From Octopus bimaculoides (taxonomy: Eukaryota): a stretch of 64,000 nucleotides of DNA. A program made the translations under genes and the position numbers. Where the stretch lies: positions 1,446,135 through 1,510,134 of the forward strand of contig NC_069003.1 in NCBI RefSeq assembly GCF_001194135.2, in the 5' to 3' direction. The notes beneath the pieces were generated by a model. The model did no database searches and was not told the origin of the DNA. It saw only the letters and a program-made list of their open reading frames with translations. This document shows, piece by piece, positions 37,832 through 52,800 of the stretch (its first letter is position 1; each line of letters begins with the position of its first letter).

Positions 37832-40800
37832 TTTCGTACGTACGTACGTTCGTCCCCTCGTTCTTTCCTTCATTCGTTCTTTTTTTTTGTTTGTTCGATC
37901 GTTCGTTCATAGGTCCGTTCGTACGTATGTACGTACGTACGTTCGTTCGTTCTTTCGTTCGTTCGTTGGATCTTTCTTTCATTCGTACGTACGAAAGTTC
38001 GTTCGTTCGTACGTACGTATGTACGTACGTTCGTTCGCTTCTTCGTTCATTCTTTCGTACATACGTACGTACGTATATACGTTCGTTCGTTTGTACGTAC
38101 GAGAGTACGTACGTACGAGCATGCGTACGTACGTTCCTTCGATCGTTCGTTCGTTCTTTCGTGTATTCTTACGTTCGTTCGATCGGGTGTACGTACTTAA
38201 GTACGTACATAGTACATACGTTCTATCGTTCATTCGTTCTTTCTGTCGTTCATACAAACCTAGGTATGTACGCACGTACGTTTGTTTTTTCGTTCGAACG
38301 TACGTTCGTTCTTTCGTTCGTAAGAACGTACGTTCCTACGTTCGTTCTCGTGTTCGTTCGTTCGTTCGATCTTACATACGTAACAACGTAGGTACGTTCT
38401 TTCGTTCGATCGTACGTACATACGTATGTTCATTCGTTAGTTCGTTCGTGCCTTCGTAATCGAAAGAACGGAAGAACGAACGAAAGAATAAACGAACGTA
38501 CGAGCGAATGATCGAAAGTACAAACATACGTTCGTTCGAACGAACGAATGAACTTACGAACGAATGACCGAACTAACAAACGAATGAACGAAAGAACGAA
38601 CGTACATACGTACGTACCTATGTATGTACGTACGAACGAACGATCGAACAAACATACGAACGTACGAAAGAAAAAAAGAACGAACGTATGAACGAACAAA
38701 AGAATGAAAGAACGTACGTACGTACGTACAAACGAACGATTGAAAGAAAGAACAAACGAACGTACTTACGTACCAACGAACGAACGTACGTATATAGCTA
38801 GGTATGTACGAACGAACGAACGAACGTAGGAACGTACGTACGTACGAATACACGAACGAACGATCGAAGGAACGTACGCACGTACCTAAGTACGTACGTA
38901 TGAACGAACAAAAGAACGCATGTACGTAAATACGTACGTCCAAAAGAGCGAACTACTTTCGTACGTACGAACTAAACAACGAACGTACGTTCGTACGAAC
39001 AAACGTACGTACGTAAGTACGTACGAACGGACCTATGAACGAACGAAGGAAGGAACGAACGAGCGTAAGTATGTACGTAGGTAAGAACGAACGTACATAA
39101 GTACGTACGTACGAAAGAACGAACGTAGGTACGGACGCTCGAATAATCGAACGAAAGCATCTACATATCTCTGTACGTACGAGCGAATGAACGTACGTAC
39201 GTATGTACGAACGAGTGTACGTACGTACGAAAGATTGTACGTACGAACGAACGAACTAAATGAAGGAAGGAAGGAACAAACGAACGATAGTACGTACGAA
39301 CGAACGAGCGATCCAACGAACGAACGAACAAACGATCGAACGCGCGTACAAACGAACGAACGTATATACGTAAGTACGTACGTATATACGAACGAAAGAA
39401 CGAACGTACGTGCGAACGAACGTACGAACGAACGAACGTACGTACGTACTTACGAACGAACGTACTTAAGAACGAATGTAGGTACGTACATAGGTACGTA
39501 CGAATGAACGAGCGTACATATATATGTACGTACGTTACTACGTACGTACGAACGAACTTACGTACGTACGAACGAATCAACGTACGTACATACAAACGAA
39601 CGAACGTATGTACGTACGTTCGATGAACGAACGAACGTACGTACGAACGAACGAACGTACTTACGAACGAACGAAGGTAATAACGAACGTACGTACGTAC
39701 ATAGGTACGTATGTAAGAAGGAATGAACGAACGTACATAAATATGTACGTACGTAACGAATGAGCGTACGTACATACGAACGAACTATCGAACGTACGTA
39801 TGTACGTACGAACGAACGAACGAAGGAACGTACGTATCATCGCACGAACGAACGGATGAACGATTGAACGAACGAACGTACGTACATACATAGGTATATA
39901 CGAACGAATGAAACACCGAAAGAGCGTACGTACGTACAAACGAACGAACAGACGTAGGAATGTACGTTCGAACGAATGAACAATTTAACGGAAGAACATA
40001 CGAACGTACGTGGTTACGAAGGTACGAACGAACGAACTAACGAACGAACGACAGTACGTACATACGAACGAACGAACGAAATGAAGGAAGGAACGAACGA
40101 ATGAACGTACGTACGTACGTACGAACGAACTAACGAATGAAATTACGTATATACGTTGGTTCGTTTGTACGTGCGTTCGATCTATAGCTCGTTGTTTTGT
40201 GCATTCATACGTATATACGTTCGTTCATTCGTCCGTTCGTACGTACGTACTATCGTGCGTTCGTACATACGTACGTACGTTCATTCACTTGTTCGTTCGT
40301 ACGTACGTACGTTCATTCTTTCGTTCGTTCATTTGTTCGTACAAACGTATGTACGTACGTACGTACGTATATACGTTTGTTGATTTGTACGTGCGTTCGA
40401 TTTTTTGTGCGTTCGTACGTGCATACGTTCGTTCGTTAGTTCCTTCGTTCGTAGGTACGTACGTGCGTTCCTACGTTCGTTCTTGTGTTCGTTCGTACGT
40501 TCGTTCTTTCGATCGTACGTACGTACGTTCGTTCGTTCGTACGATCGTTCCTTCGTTCGTTCGTACGTACGTACTATCGTGCGTTCGTACGTCCCTTCAT
40601 TTCGTTCGTTCGTACGTAGTACTATCTTGCGTTCGTACACACGTACTTTCATTCGATCGTTTGTTCCTTCTTTTTTGCATTCGTACGTACATACGTTCGT
40701 TCGTACGTCCGTAGGTACGTACGTACGTTCCTACGTTCGTTCGTTCGTTCGTCCGTCCGTACGTTCCTAATTCCGTTCTTGCATTCCTTCGTTCGATCGC

Positions 40801-43800
40801 TCGTTCGTTCGTATGTACTTTCGTTCGTTCGTTCGTTCCTTCATTTCGTACGTACGTTCATTCGCTCGTTCGTTCGTACGTACGTTCGTTCTTTCGTTCA
40901 TCGTACGTACGTTCGTACAAACGTACGTATGTACGTATGTACGTATATACGTTCGTTCGTTTGTACGTGCGTTCGATCTACAGTTCGTTATTTTGTGCAT
41001 TCGTACGTATATACGTTCGTTCGTTAGTTCGTTCGTTCGTAGGTATATACGTGCGTTCTTACGTTCGTTCGATCGTCCGTACGTACGTACGATCGTTCCT
41101 TCGTTATTTCGTTCGTACGTCCGTTCGTTCGTTCATACGAACGTGCTTTCGATCGTTTGTTCGTTCTTTTGTGCATTCGTACGTACATACGTTCGTTCGT
41201 TAGTTCTTACGTTCGTATGTCCGTAGGTACACACGTACGTTCCTACATTCGTACGTTCCTTCATCGTACGTACGTTCGTTCATCGTACGTACGTTCGTTT
41301 TTTCGTTCGTTCATCGTACGTACGTTCGTTTTTTCGTTCGTTTATTCGTTAGTACAAACGTACGTACTTACGTATATACGTTCGTTCGTTCGTTTGTACG
41401 TGCGTTCGATCGTTTGGTCGTTCTTTTGTGCCTTCGTACGTACATACGTTCGTTCGTTAGTTCGTTCATTCGTAGGAACGTACGTACGTACGTTAATACG
41501 TTCGTTCTTGCGTTCGTTCGTGCGTTCGTTCGTTCGTGCTTACGTTCGTACGTTCGTTCGTTCGTTTTTCCGTACGTTCCTAATTCCGTTCTTGCATTCC
41601 TTCGTTCGATCGCTCGTTTGTTCGTACGTACTATCGTTCGTTCGTTCGTTCCTCCATTTCGTTTGTTCGTTCGTTCGTACAATCGTTCGTTCGTACGTAC
41701 GTACGTACGTACGTTCATTCGCTCACTCGTTCTTACGTACGTTCGTTCGTACGTACGTTCGTTCGTTCGTTCTTTCGTTCATCGTACGTACGTTCGTACT
41801 TTCGTTCGTTCATTCGTTCGTACAAAGGTCCGTTCGTACGTTAATACGAACGTACGTAAGTCCGTTCGTTCGTTCGTACGTACGTTCGTTCGTACGTACG
41901 TTCGTTCGTCCTTCCGTCCGTTCTAACGTATGTACGTACGTTCGTCCTTTATATCATTCGTACGAACGTACGATCCTAAGTTCGTTCGTTCGATCGCTCG
42001 TTCGTTCGTTCCTTCATTTTGTTCGTTCGTTCGTTCCTTCCTTCATTTCGTTTGTTACTTCTTTTCGTTCTTTCGTCCGTTCGTACGTACGTACTATCGT
42101 GCGTTCGTACATACGTACGTACGTTCATTCGCTTGTTCGTTCGTACATACATACGTTCGTTCGTTAGTTCGTTCGTTCGTACGTACGTACGTAGGTACGT
42201 ACGTACGTTCCTACGTTCGTTCTTGCGTTCGTTCGTGCTTACGTTCGTACTTTCGTTCGTGCGTTCGTTCGTCCGTACGTTCCTAATTCCGTTCTTGCAA
42301 TCCTTCGTTCGATTGCTCGTTCGTTCGTATGTACTATCGTTCGTTCGTTCGTTCCTTCATTTCGTACGTACGTTCATTCGCTCGCTCGTTCGTTCGTACG
42401 TACGTACGTTCCTAATTTCGTTCGTACGTACGTTCGTACGAATGTACGTACGTACGTACGTACGTTCGTTAGTTCGTTCGTTCGTTCATCGTACGTACGT
42501 TCATTCTTTCGTTCGTTCATTTGTTCGTACAAACGTACGTACGTACGTACGTACGTATATACGTTTGTTGATGTGTACGTGCGTTCGATCTTTCGTGCAT
42601 TCATACGTGCATACGTTCGTTCGTTAGTTCCTTCGTTCGGAGGTACGTACGTGCGTTCGTACTTTCGTTCGTACAAACGGACGTATGTACGTATATACGT
42701 TCGTACGTTCGATCTATAGTTCGTTATTTTGTGCATTCGTACGTATATACGTTCGTTCGTTAGTTCGTTCGTTCGTAGGTACATACGTGCGTTTTTACGT
42801 TCGTTCGTTCGTTCGTTCATACGAACGTGCGTTCGATCGTTTGTTCGTTCTTTTGTGCATTCGTACGTACATAAGTTCGTTCGTTAGTTCGTACGTCCGT
42901 AGGTACACACGGACGTTCCTACATTCGTACGTTCGTTCATCGTACGTACGTTCGTTTTTTCGTTCGTTCGTTCATCGTACGTACGTTCGTTTATTCGTTC
43001 GTTTATTCGTTAGTACAAACGTACGTACGTACGTATATACGTTCGTTCGTTCGTCCGTACGTTCGTTCGTACTATCGTTCGTTCGTCCTTCCGTCCGTTC
43101 TGACGTATGTACGTACGTTCGTCCGTTATTTCATTCGTACGATCGCTCGGTCGTTCGTTCCTTCATTTTGTTCTTTCGTTCCTTCCTTCCTTCATTTCGT
43201 TTGTTCCTTCTTTTCGCTCTTTCGTCCGCTCGTACGTACGTACTATCGTGCGTTCGTACATATGTACGTACGTTCATTCGCTTGTTCGTTCGTACGTACA
43301 TACGTTCGTTCGTTAGTTCGTTCGTTCGTACGTCCGTATGTACGTACGTACGTTCCTGCGTTCGTTCTTGCGTTCGATTGCTCGTCCGTTCGTAAGTACT
43401 ATCGTTCGTTCGTTCGTTCGTTCCTTCATTTCGTACGTACGTTCATTCGCTAGTTCGTTCGTACGTACGTACGTATCTACGTTTGTTGATTTGTACGTGC
43501 TTTCGATATGTTGTGCATTCGTACGTGCATACGTTCGTTCGTTAGTTCCTTCGTTCGTAGGTACCTACGTGCGTTCCTACGTTCGTTCTTCTGTTCGTTC
43601 GTACGTTCGTTCTTTCGATCTTACGTACGTACGTTCGTTCGTTCGTTCGTACGATCGTTCCTTCGTTAGTTCGTACGTACGTACTATCGTGCGTTCGTAC
43701 GTCCCTTCATTTCGTTCGTTCGTACGTACGTACTATCGTGCGTTCGTACATACTTACGTTTATTCGCTCGTTCGTTCGTACGTACGTTCGTTCTTTCTTT

Positions 43801-46800
43801 CATCGTACGTTCGTACTTTCGTTCGTACAAATGTACGTATATACGTTCGTGCGTTCGATCGTTTGTTCGTTCTTTTGTGCATTCGTACGTACATATGTTC
43901 GTTCGTTAGTTCTTACGTTCGTACGTCCCTAGGTACACACGTACGTTCCTACATTCGTACGTTCTTTCATCGTACGTACGTTCGTTTTTTCGTTCGTTTA
44001 TTCGTTAGTACAAACGTACGTACGTACGTATATACGTTCGTTCGTTCGTTTATAGGTGCGTTCGATCGTTTGTTCGTTCTTTTGTGCCTTCGTGCATACA
44101 TACGTTCGTTCGTTAGTTCGTTCGTTCGTAGGTACGTAAGTACGTTCCTACGTTCGTTCTTGCGTTCGTTCGTGCGTTCGGTCGTGCTTACGATCGTACG
44201 TACGTACGTTCGTTAGTTCGTTCGTTCGTTCATCGTACGTACGTTCATCGTACGTACGTTCATCGTACGTACGTTCATTCTTTCGTTCGTGCATTTGTTC
44301 GTACAAACGTACGTACGTGCGTGTATACGTTTGTTGATTTGTACGTGCGTTCGATCTTTTGTGCATTCGTACGTGCATACGTTCGTTCGTTAGTTCCTTC
44401 ATTCGTAGGTACGTACGTGCGTTCGTACGTTCGTTCTTGTGTTCGTTCGTACGTTCGTTCTTTCGATCGTACGTACGTACGTTCGTTCGGTCGTACGATC
44501 GTTCATTCGCTCGTTCGTTCGTACGTACGTTCGTTCATTCGCTCGTTCGTTCGTACGTACGTTCGTTCTTTCGTTCATCCTATGTACGTTCGTACTTTCG
44601 TTCGTACAAACGTACGTATGTACGTATATACGTTCGTCCGTTTGTACGTGCGTTCGATCTATAGTTCGTTCTTTTGTGCCTTCGTACGTACATACGTTCG
44701 TTCGTTAGTTCGTTCGTTCGTAGGTACGTACGTACGTTCCTAAGTTCGTTCTTGCGTTCGTTCGTGCTTACGTTCGTTCGTTTGTCCGTACGTTCCTAAT
44801 TCCGTTCTTGCATTCCTTCGTTCGATCGCTTGNNNNNNNNNNNNNNNNNNNNNNNNNNNNNNNNNNNNNNNNNNNNNNNNNNNNNNNNNNNNNNNNNNNN
44901 NNNNNNNNNNNNNNNNNNNNNNNNNNNNNNNCTTTCATTCTTTCGTACAAAGGCCCGTTCGTGCGTTAATACGTACGTACGTAAGTCCATTCGTACATTC
45001 GTTCGTTCGTACGTACGTTCGTTCGTACTATCGTTCGTTCGTCCTTCCGTCCGTTCTGACGTATGTACGTACGTTCGTCCGTTATTTCATTCGTACGAAC
45101 GTACGATCCTAAGTTCGTTCTTGCGTTCGTTCGTTCGATCGCTCGTTCGTTCCTTCCTTCATTTTGTTCGTTCGTTCGTTCCTTCATTTCGTTCGTTCCT
45201 TCTTTTCGTTCTTTCGTCCGTTCGTACGTACGTACTATCGTGCGTTCGTACATACGTACGTACGTTCATTCGCTTGTTCGTACATACGTACGTACGTTCA
45301 TTCGCTTGTTCGTTCGTAGGTACGTACGTACGTTCGTTCGTTCATCGTACGTACGTTCGTTTATTCGTTCGTTCATCGTACGTACGTTCATTCGCTCGTT
45401 CGTTCATACGTACGTACGTTCGTAATTTCGTTCGTACGTACGTTCGTACGAATGTACGTACGTACGTTCGTTAGTTCGTTCGTTCGTTCATCGCACGTAC
45501 GTTCATTCTTTCGTTCGTTCATTTGTTCGTACAAACGTACGTACGTACGTGTATACGTTTGTTGATTTGTACGTGCGTTCGATGTTTTGTGCATTCGTAC
45601 GTGCGTTCGATCTATAGTTCATTATTTTGTGCGTTCGTTCGTTAGTTCGTTCGTTCGTAGGTACATACGTGCGTTCTTACGTTCGTTCGTTCGATCGTCC
45701 GTACGTACGTACTATAGTTCGTTCGTTATTTCGTTCGTACGTTCGTTCGTTCCTTCATACGAACGTGCGTTCGATTGATTGTTCGTTCTTTTGTGCATTC
45801 GTACGTACATACGTTCGTTCGTTAGTTCTTACGTTCTTACGTCCGTAGGTACACACGTACGTTCGTACGTTCGTTCATCGTACGTACGTTCGTTTTTTCG
45901 TTCGTTCATCGTACGTACGTTCGTTTTTTCGTTCGTTCATCGTACGTACGTTCGTTTTTTCGTTCGTTCATCGTACGTACGTTCGTTTTTTCGTTCGTTN
46001 NNNNNNNNNNNNNNNNNNNNNNNNNNNNNNNNNNNNNNNNNNNNNNNNNNNNNNNNNNNNNNNNNNNNNNNNNNNNNNNNNNNNNNNNNGTTCGTACGTT
46101 CGTTCATCGTACGTACGTTCGTTTTTTCGTTCGTTCATCGTACGTACGTTCGTTTTTTCGTTCGTTCATCGTACGTACGTTCGTTCATTCGTTAGTACAA
46201 ACGTACGTACGTACGTATATACGTTCGTTCGTTCGTTTGTCCGTACGTTCCTAATTCCGTTCTTGCATTCCTTCCTTCGATCGCTCGTTCGTTCGTACGT
46301 ACTAGCGTTCGTTCGTTCGTTCCTTCATTTCGTTTGTACGTTCGTTCGTACTATCGTTCGTTCGTACTATCGTTCGTTCGTACATACGTACGTACGTACG
46401 TTCATTCGCTCGCTCGTTCGTACGTACGTTCGTTCGTTCGTTCTTTCGTTCATCGTACGTACGTTCGTACTTTCGTTCGTTCATTCGTTCGTACAAAGGT
46501 CCGTTCGTACGTTAATACGTACGTACGTAAGTTCATTCGTTATTTCGTTCATACTTTCGTTCGTACGTTCGTTCGTTCGTGCGTACGTTCGTTCGTACTA
46601 TCGTTCGTTCGTCCTTCCTTCCGTTCTGACGTATGTACGTACGTTCGTCCGTTATTTCATTCGTACGAACGTACGATCCTAAGTTCGTTCTTGCGCTCGT
46701 TCGTTCGATCGCTCGTTCGTTCGTTTCTTCATTTTGTTCGTTCGTTCCTTCCTTCCTTCATTTCGTTCGTTCATCGTACGTACGTTCGTTTATTCGTTCG

Positions 46801-49800
46801 TTCATCGTACGTACGTTTGTTTTTTCGTTCGTTTATTCGTTAGTACAAAAGTACGTACGTACGTATATAGGTTCGTTCGTTCGTTTGTACGTGCGTTCGA
46901 TCGTTTGTTCCTTCTTTTGTGCATTCGTACGTACATACGTTCGTTCGTTAGTTCGTTCGTTCGTACGTCCGTAGGTACGTACGTACGTTCCTACGTTCGT
47001 TCTTGCGTTCGTTCGTGCTTACGTTCTTGCGTTCGTTCGTTCGTTCGTTCGTCCGTACGTTCCTAATTCCGTTCTTGCATTCCTTCGTTCGATCGCTCGT
47101 TCGTTCGTATGTACTATCGTTCGTTCCTTCGTTTCGTACGTACGTTCATTCGCTCATTCGTTTGGACGTACGTACGTTCCTAATTTCGTTCGTACGTACG
47201 TTCGTACCAATGTACGTACGTTCGTACGAATGTACGTACGTTCGTACGAATGTACGTACGTACGTTCGTTAGTTCGTTCGTTCATTCATCGTACATACGT
47301 TCATTCTTTCGTTCGTTCATTTGTTCGTACAAACGTACGTACGTACGTGTATACGTTTGTTGATTTGAACGTGCGTTCGATCTTTTGTGCATTCGTACGT
47401 GCATACGTTCGTTCGTTAGTTCCTTCGTTCGTAGGTACGTACGTGCGTTCCTTCGTTCGATCGCTCGTTCGTTCTTACGTACTAGCGTTCGTTCGTTCGT
47501 TCCTTCATTTCGTTTGTACGTTCGTTCGTACGTACGTTCGTACGTACGTTGGTTCGTTCGTTCTTTCGTTCNNNNNNNNNNNNNNNNNNNNNNNNNNNNN
47601 NNNNNNNNNNNNNNNNNNNNNNNNNNNNNNNNNNNNNNNNNNNNNNNNNNNNNNNNNNNNNNNNNNNNNNNNNNNNNNNNNNNNNNNNNNNNNNNNNNNN
47701 NNNNNNNNNNNNNNNNNNNNNNNNNNNNNNNNNNNNNNNNNNNNNNNNNNNNNNNNNNNNNNNNNNNNNNNNNNNNNNNNNNNNNNNNNNNNNNNNNNNN
47801 NNNNNNNNNNNNNNNNNNNNNNNNNNNNNNNNNNNNNNNNNNNNNNNNNNNNNNNNNNNNNNNNNNNNNNNNNNNNNNNNNNNNNNNNNNNNNNNNNNNN
47901 NNNNNNNNNNNNNNNNNNNNNNNNNNNNNNNNNNNNNNNNNNNNNNNNNNNNNNNNNNNNNNNNNNNNNNNNNNNNNNNNNNNNNNNNNNNNNNNNNNNN
48001 NNNNNNNNNNNNNNNNNNNNNNNNNNNNNNNNNNNNNNNNNNNNNNNNNNNNNNNNNNNNNNNNNNNNNNNNNNNNNNNNNNNNNNNNNNNNNNNNNNNN
48101 NNNNNNNNNNNNNNNNNNNNNNNNNNNNNNNNNNNNNNNNNNNNNNNNNNNNNNNNNNNNNNNNNNNNNNNNNNNNNNNNNNNNNNNNNNNNNNNNNNNN
48201 NNNNNNNNNNNNNNNNNNNNNNNNNNNNNNNNNNNNNNNNNNNNNNNNNNNNNNNNNNNNNNNNNNNNNNNNNNNNNNNNTCGTTCCTTCATTACGTACG
48301 TACGTTCATTCGCTCGTTCATTCATACGTACGTACGTTCGTAATTTCGTTCGTACATACGTTCGTACGAATGTACGTACGTACGTTCGTTAGTTCGTTCG
48401 TTCGTTCATCGTACGTACGTTCATTCTTTCGTTCGTTCATTTGTTCGTACAAACGTACGTACCTTACGTACGTGTATACGTTTGTTGATTTGTACGTGCG
48501 TTCGATCTTTTGTGCATTCGTACGTGCATACGTTCGTTCGTTAGTTCCTTCGTTCGTAGGTACGTACGTGCGTTCCTACGTTCGTTCTTGTGTTCGTTCG
48601 TACGTTCGTACTTTCGATCGTACGTACGTACGTTCGTACGTTCGTTCGTTCGTACAATCGTTCCTTCGTTCGTTCGTACAATCGTTCGTTCGTACGATCG
48701 TTCCTTCGTTCGTTCGTACGTACGTACTATCGTGCGTTCGTACGTCCTTTCATTTCGTTTGTTCGTACGTACGAACTATCGTGCGTTCGTACATACGTTC
48801 GTTCATTCGCTCGTTCGTTCGTACATACGTTCGTTCATTCGCTCGTTCGTTCGGACGTTCGNNNNNNNNNNNNNNNNNNNNNNNNNNNNNNNNNNNNNNN
48901 NNNNNNNNNNNNNNNNNNNNNNNNNNNNNNNNNNNNNNNNNNNNNNNNNNNNNNNNNNNNNNNNNNNNNNNNNNNNNNNNNNNNNNNNNNNNNNNNNNNN
49001 NNNNNNNNNNNNNNNNNNNNNNNNNNNNNNNNNNNNNNNNNNNNNNNNNNNNNNNNNNNNNNNNNNNNNNNNNNNNNNNNNNNNNNNNNNNNNNNNNNNN
49101 NNNNNNNNNNNNNNNNNNNNNNNNNNNNNNNNNNNNNNNNNNNNNNNNNNNNNNNNNNNNNNNNNNNNNNNNNNNNNNNNNNNNNNNNNNNNNNNNNNNN
49201 NNNNNNNNNNNNNNNNNNNNNNNNNNNNNNNNNNNNNNNNNNNNNNNNNNNNNNNNNNNNNNNNNNNNNNNNNNNNNNNNNNNNNNNNNNNNNNNNNNNN
49301 NNNNNNNNNNNNNNNNNNNNNNNNNNNNNNNNNNNNNNNNNNNNNNNNNNNNNNNNNNNNNNNNNNNNNNNNNNNNNNNNNNNNNNNNNNNNNNNNNNNN
49401 NNNNNNNNNNNNNNNNNNNNNNNNNNNNNNNNNNNNNNNNNNNNNNNNNNNNNNNNNNNNNNNNNNNNNNNNNNNNNNNNNNNNNNNNNNNNNNNNNNNN
49501 NNNNNNNNNNNNNNNNNNNNNNNNNNNNNNNNNNNNNNNNNNNNNNNNNNNNNNNNNNNNNNNNNNNNNNNNNNNNNNNNNNNNNNNNNNNNNNNNNNNN
49601 NNNNNNNNNNNNNNNNNNNNNNNNNNNNNNNNNNNNNATCGTTCGTTCGTACGATCGTTCCTTCGTTCGTTCGTACGTACGTACTATCGTGCGTTCGTAC
49701 GTCCCTTCATTTCGTATATACGTCCCTTCATTTCGTATATACGTTCGTTCGTTCGTTTGTCCGTACGTACGTGTATACGTTTGTTGATTTGTACGTGCGT

Positions 49801-52800
49801 TCGATCTTTTGTGCATTCGTACGTGCATACGTTCGTTTGTTAGTTCCTTCGTTCGTAGGTACGTACGTGCGTTCCTACGTTCGTTCTTGTGTTCGTTCGT
49901 ACGTTCGTTCTTTCGATCGTACGTATGTACGTTCGTACGTTCGTTCGGTCGTACGATCATTCCTTCCTTCGTTCGTACGTACGTACATACGTTCTAACGT
50001 TCGTACGTCCGTAGGTACACACGTTCGTTCCTACATTCGTACGTTCGTTCATCGTACGTACGTTTGTTTTTTCGTTCGATCATCGTACGTACGTTCGTTT
50101 TCTCGTTCGTTTATTCGTTAGTACAAACGTACGTACGTACGTTTATACGTTCGTTCGTTCGTTTGTACGTGCGTTCGATCGTTTGTTCGTTCTTTTGTGC
50201 CTTCGTACGTACATACGTTCGTTCGTTAGTTCGTTCGTTCGTAGGTACGAACGTACGTTCCTACGTTCGTTCTTGCGTTCGTTCGTGCTTACGTTCGTTC
50301 GTTCGTTTGTCCGTACGTTCCTAATTCCGTTCTTGCATTCCTTCGTTCGATCGCTCGTTCGTTCTTACGTACTAGCGTTCGTTCGTTCGTTCCTTCATTT
50401 CGTTTGTACGTACGTTCGTACTATCGTTCGTTCGTACATAGTACGTACGTACGTTCATTCGCTCGCTCGTTCGTACGTACGTTCGTTCGTACGTACGTAC
50501 GTTGGTTCGTTCGTTCTTTCGTTCATCGTACGTACGTTCGTAATTTCGTTCGTTCATTCGTTCGTACAAAGGTCCGTTCGTGCGTTAATACGTAAGTTCA
50601 TTCGTTATTTCGTTCATACGTTTGTTCGTACGTTCGTTCGTTCGTACGTTCGTTCGTTCGTACGTACGTTCGCTCGTACTATCGTTCGTTCGTCCTTCCG
50701 TCCGTTCTAACGTATGTACGTACGTTCGTCCATTATTTCATTCGTACGAACGTACGATCCTAAGTTCGTTCTTGCGTACGTTCGTTCGATCGCTCGTTCG
50801 TGCGTTCGTTCGTGCTTACGTTCGTACGTTCGTTCGTTCGTTCGTCCGTACGTTCCTAATTGCGTTCTTGCATTCCTTCGTTCGATCGCTCGTTCGTTCG
50901 TATGTACTATCGTTCGTTCGTTCGTTCCTTCATTACGTACGTACGTTCATTCGCTCGTTCGTTCATACGTACGTACGTTCGTAATTTCTTTCGTACATAC
51001 GTTCGTACGAATGTACGTACGTACGTTCGTCTGTTCGTTCGTTCGTTCATCGTACGTACGTTCATTCTTTTGTTCGTACAAACGTACGTACGTACGTACG
51101 TGTATACGTTTGTTGATTTGTACGTGCGTTCGATCTTTTGTGCATTCGTACGTGCATACGTTCGTTCGTTAGTTCCTTCGTTCGTAGGTACGTACGTGCG
51201 TTCCTACGTTCGTTCTTGTGTTCGTTCGTACGTTCGTACTTTCGATCGTACGTTCGTACGTTCGTTCGTTCTTACAATCGTTCCTTCGTTCGTTCGTTCG
51301 ATCGTTCCTTCGTTCGTTCGTACGTACGTACTATCGTGCGTTCGTACGNNNNNNNNNNNNNNNNNNNNNNNNNNNNNNNNNNNNNNNNNNNNNNNNNNNN
51401 NNNNNNNNNNNNNNNNNNNNNNNNNNNNNNNNNNNNNNNNNNNNNNNNTTTCGTTTGTTCGTACGTACGAACTATCGTGCGTTCGTACATACGTTCGTAC
51501 ATACGTTCGTTCATTCGCTCGTACGTTCGTTCATTCGCCCGTTCGTTCGTACGTACGTTCGTTCTTTCGTTCATCCTATGTACGTTCGTACTTTCGTTCG
51601 TACAAACGTACGTATATACGTTCATTCGTTTGTACGTGCGTTCGATCTATAGTTCGTTATTTTGTGCATTCGTACGTATATACGTTCCTTCGTTGGAGGT
51701 ACGTACGTGCGTTCCTACGTTCGTTCTTCTGTTCGTTCGTAGTTCGTTCTTTCGATCGTACGTACGTCCGTTCGTACGTTCGTTCGTTCGTACGATCGTT
51801 CCTTCGTTAGTTCGTACGTACGTACTATCGTGCGTTCGTACGTCCTTTCATTTCGTTCGTTCGTACGTACGTACTATCGTGCGTTCGTACATACTTACGT
51901 TCATTCACTCGTTCGTTCGTACGTACGTTCATTCTTTCGTTCATCGTACGTACGTTCGTNNNNNNNNNNNNNNNNNNNNNNNNNNNNNNNNNNNNNNNNN
52001 NNNNNNNNNNNNNNNNNNNNNNNNNNNNNNNNNNNNNNNNNNNNNNNNNNNNNNNNNNNNNNNNNNNNNNNNNNNNNNNNNNNNNNNNNNNNNNNNNNNN
52101 NNNNNNNNNNNNNNNNNNNNNNNNNNNNNNNNNNNNNNNNNNNNNNNNNNNNNNNNNNNNNNNNNNNNNNNNNNNNNNNNNNNNNNNNNNNNNNNNNNNN
52201 NNNNNNNNNNNNNNNNNNNNNNNNNNNNNNNNNNNNNNNNNNNNNNNNNNNNNNNNNNNNNNNNNNNNNNNNNNNNNNNNNNNNNNNNNNNNNNNNNNNN
52301 NNNNNNNNNNNNNNNNNNNNNNNNNNNNNNNNNNNNNNNNNNNNNNNNNNNNNNNNNNNNNNNNNNNNNNNNNNNNNNNNNNNNNNNNNNNNNNNNNNNN
52401 NNNNNNNNNNNNNNNNNNNNNNNNNNNNNNNNNNNNNNNNNNNNNNNNNNNNNNNNNNNNNNNNNNNNNNNNNNNNNNNNNNNNNNNNNNNNNNNNNNNN
52501 NNNNNNNNNNNNNNNNNNNNNNNNNNNNNNNNNNNNNNNNNNNNNNNNNNNNNNNNNNNNNNNNNNNNNNNNNNNNNNNNNNNNNNNNNNNNNNNNNNNN
52601 NNNNNNNNNNNNNNNNNNNNNNNNNNNNNNNNNNNNNNNNNNNNNNNNNNNNNNNNNNNNNNNNNNNNNNNNNNNNNNNNNNNNNNNNNNNNNNNNNNNN
52701 NNNNNNNNNNNNNNNNNNNNNNNNNNNNNNNNNNNNNNNNNNNNNNNNNNNNNNNNNNNNNNNNNNNNNNNNNCGTACGTACTATCGTGCGTTCGTACAT

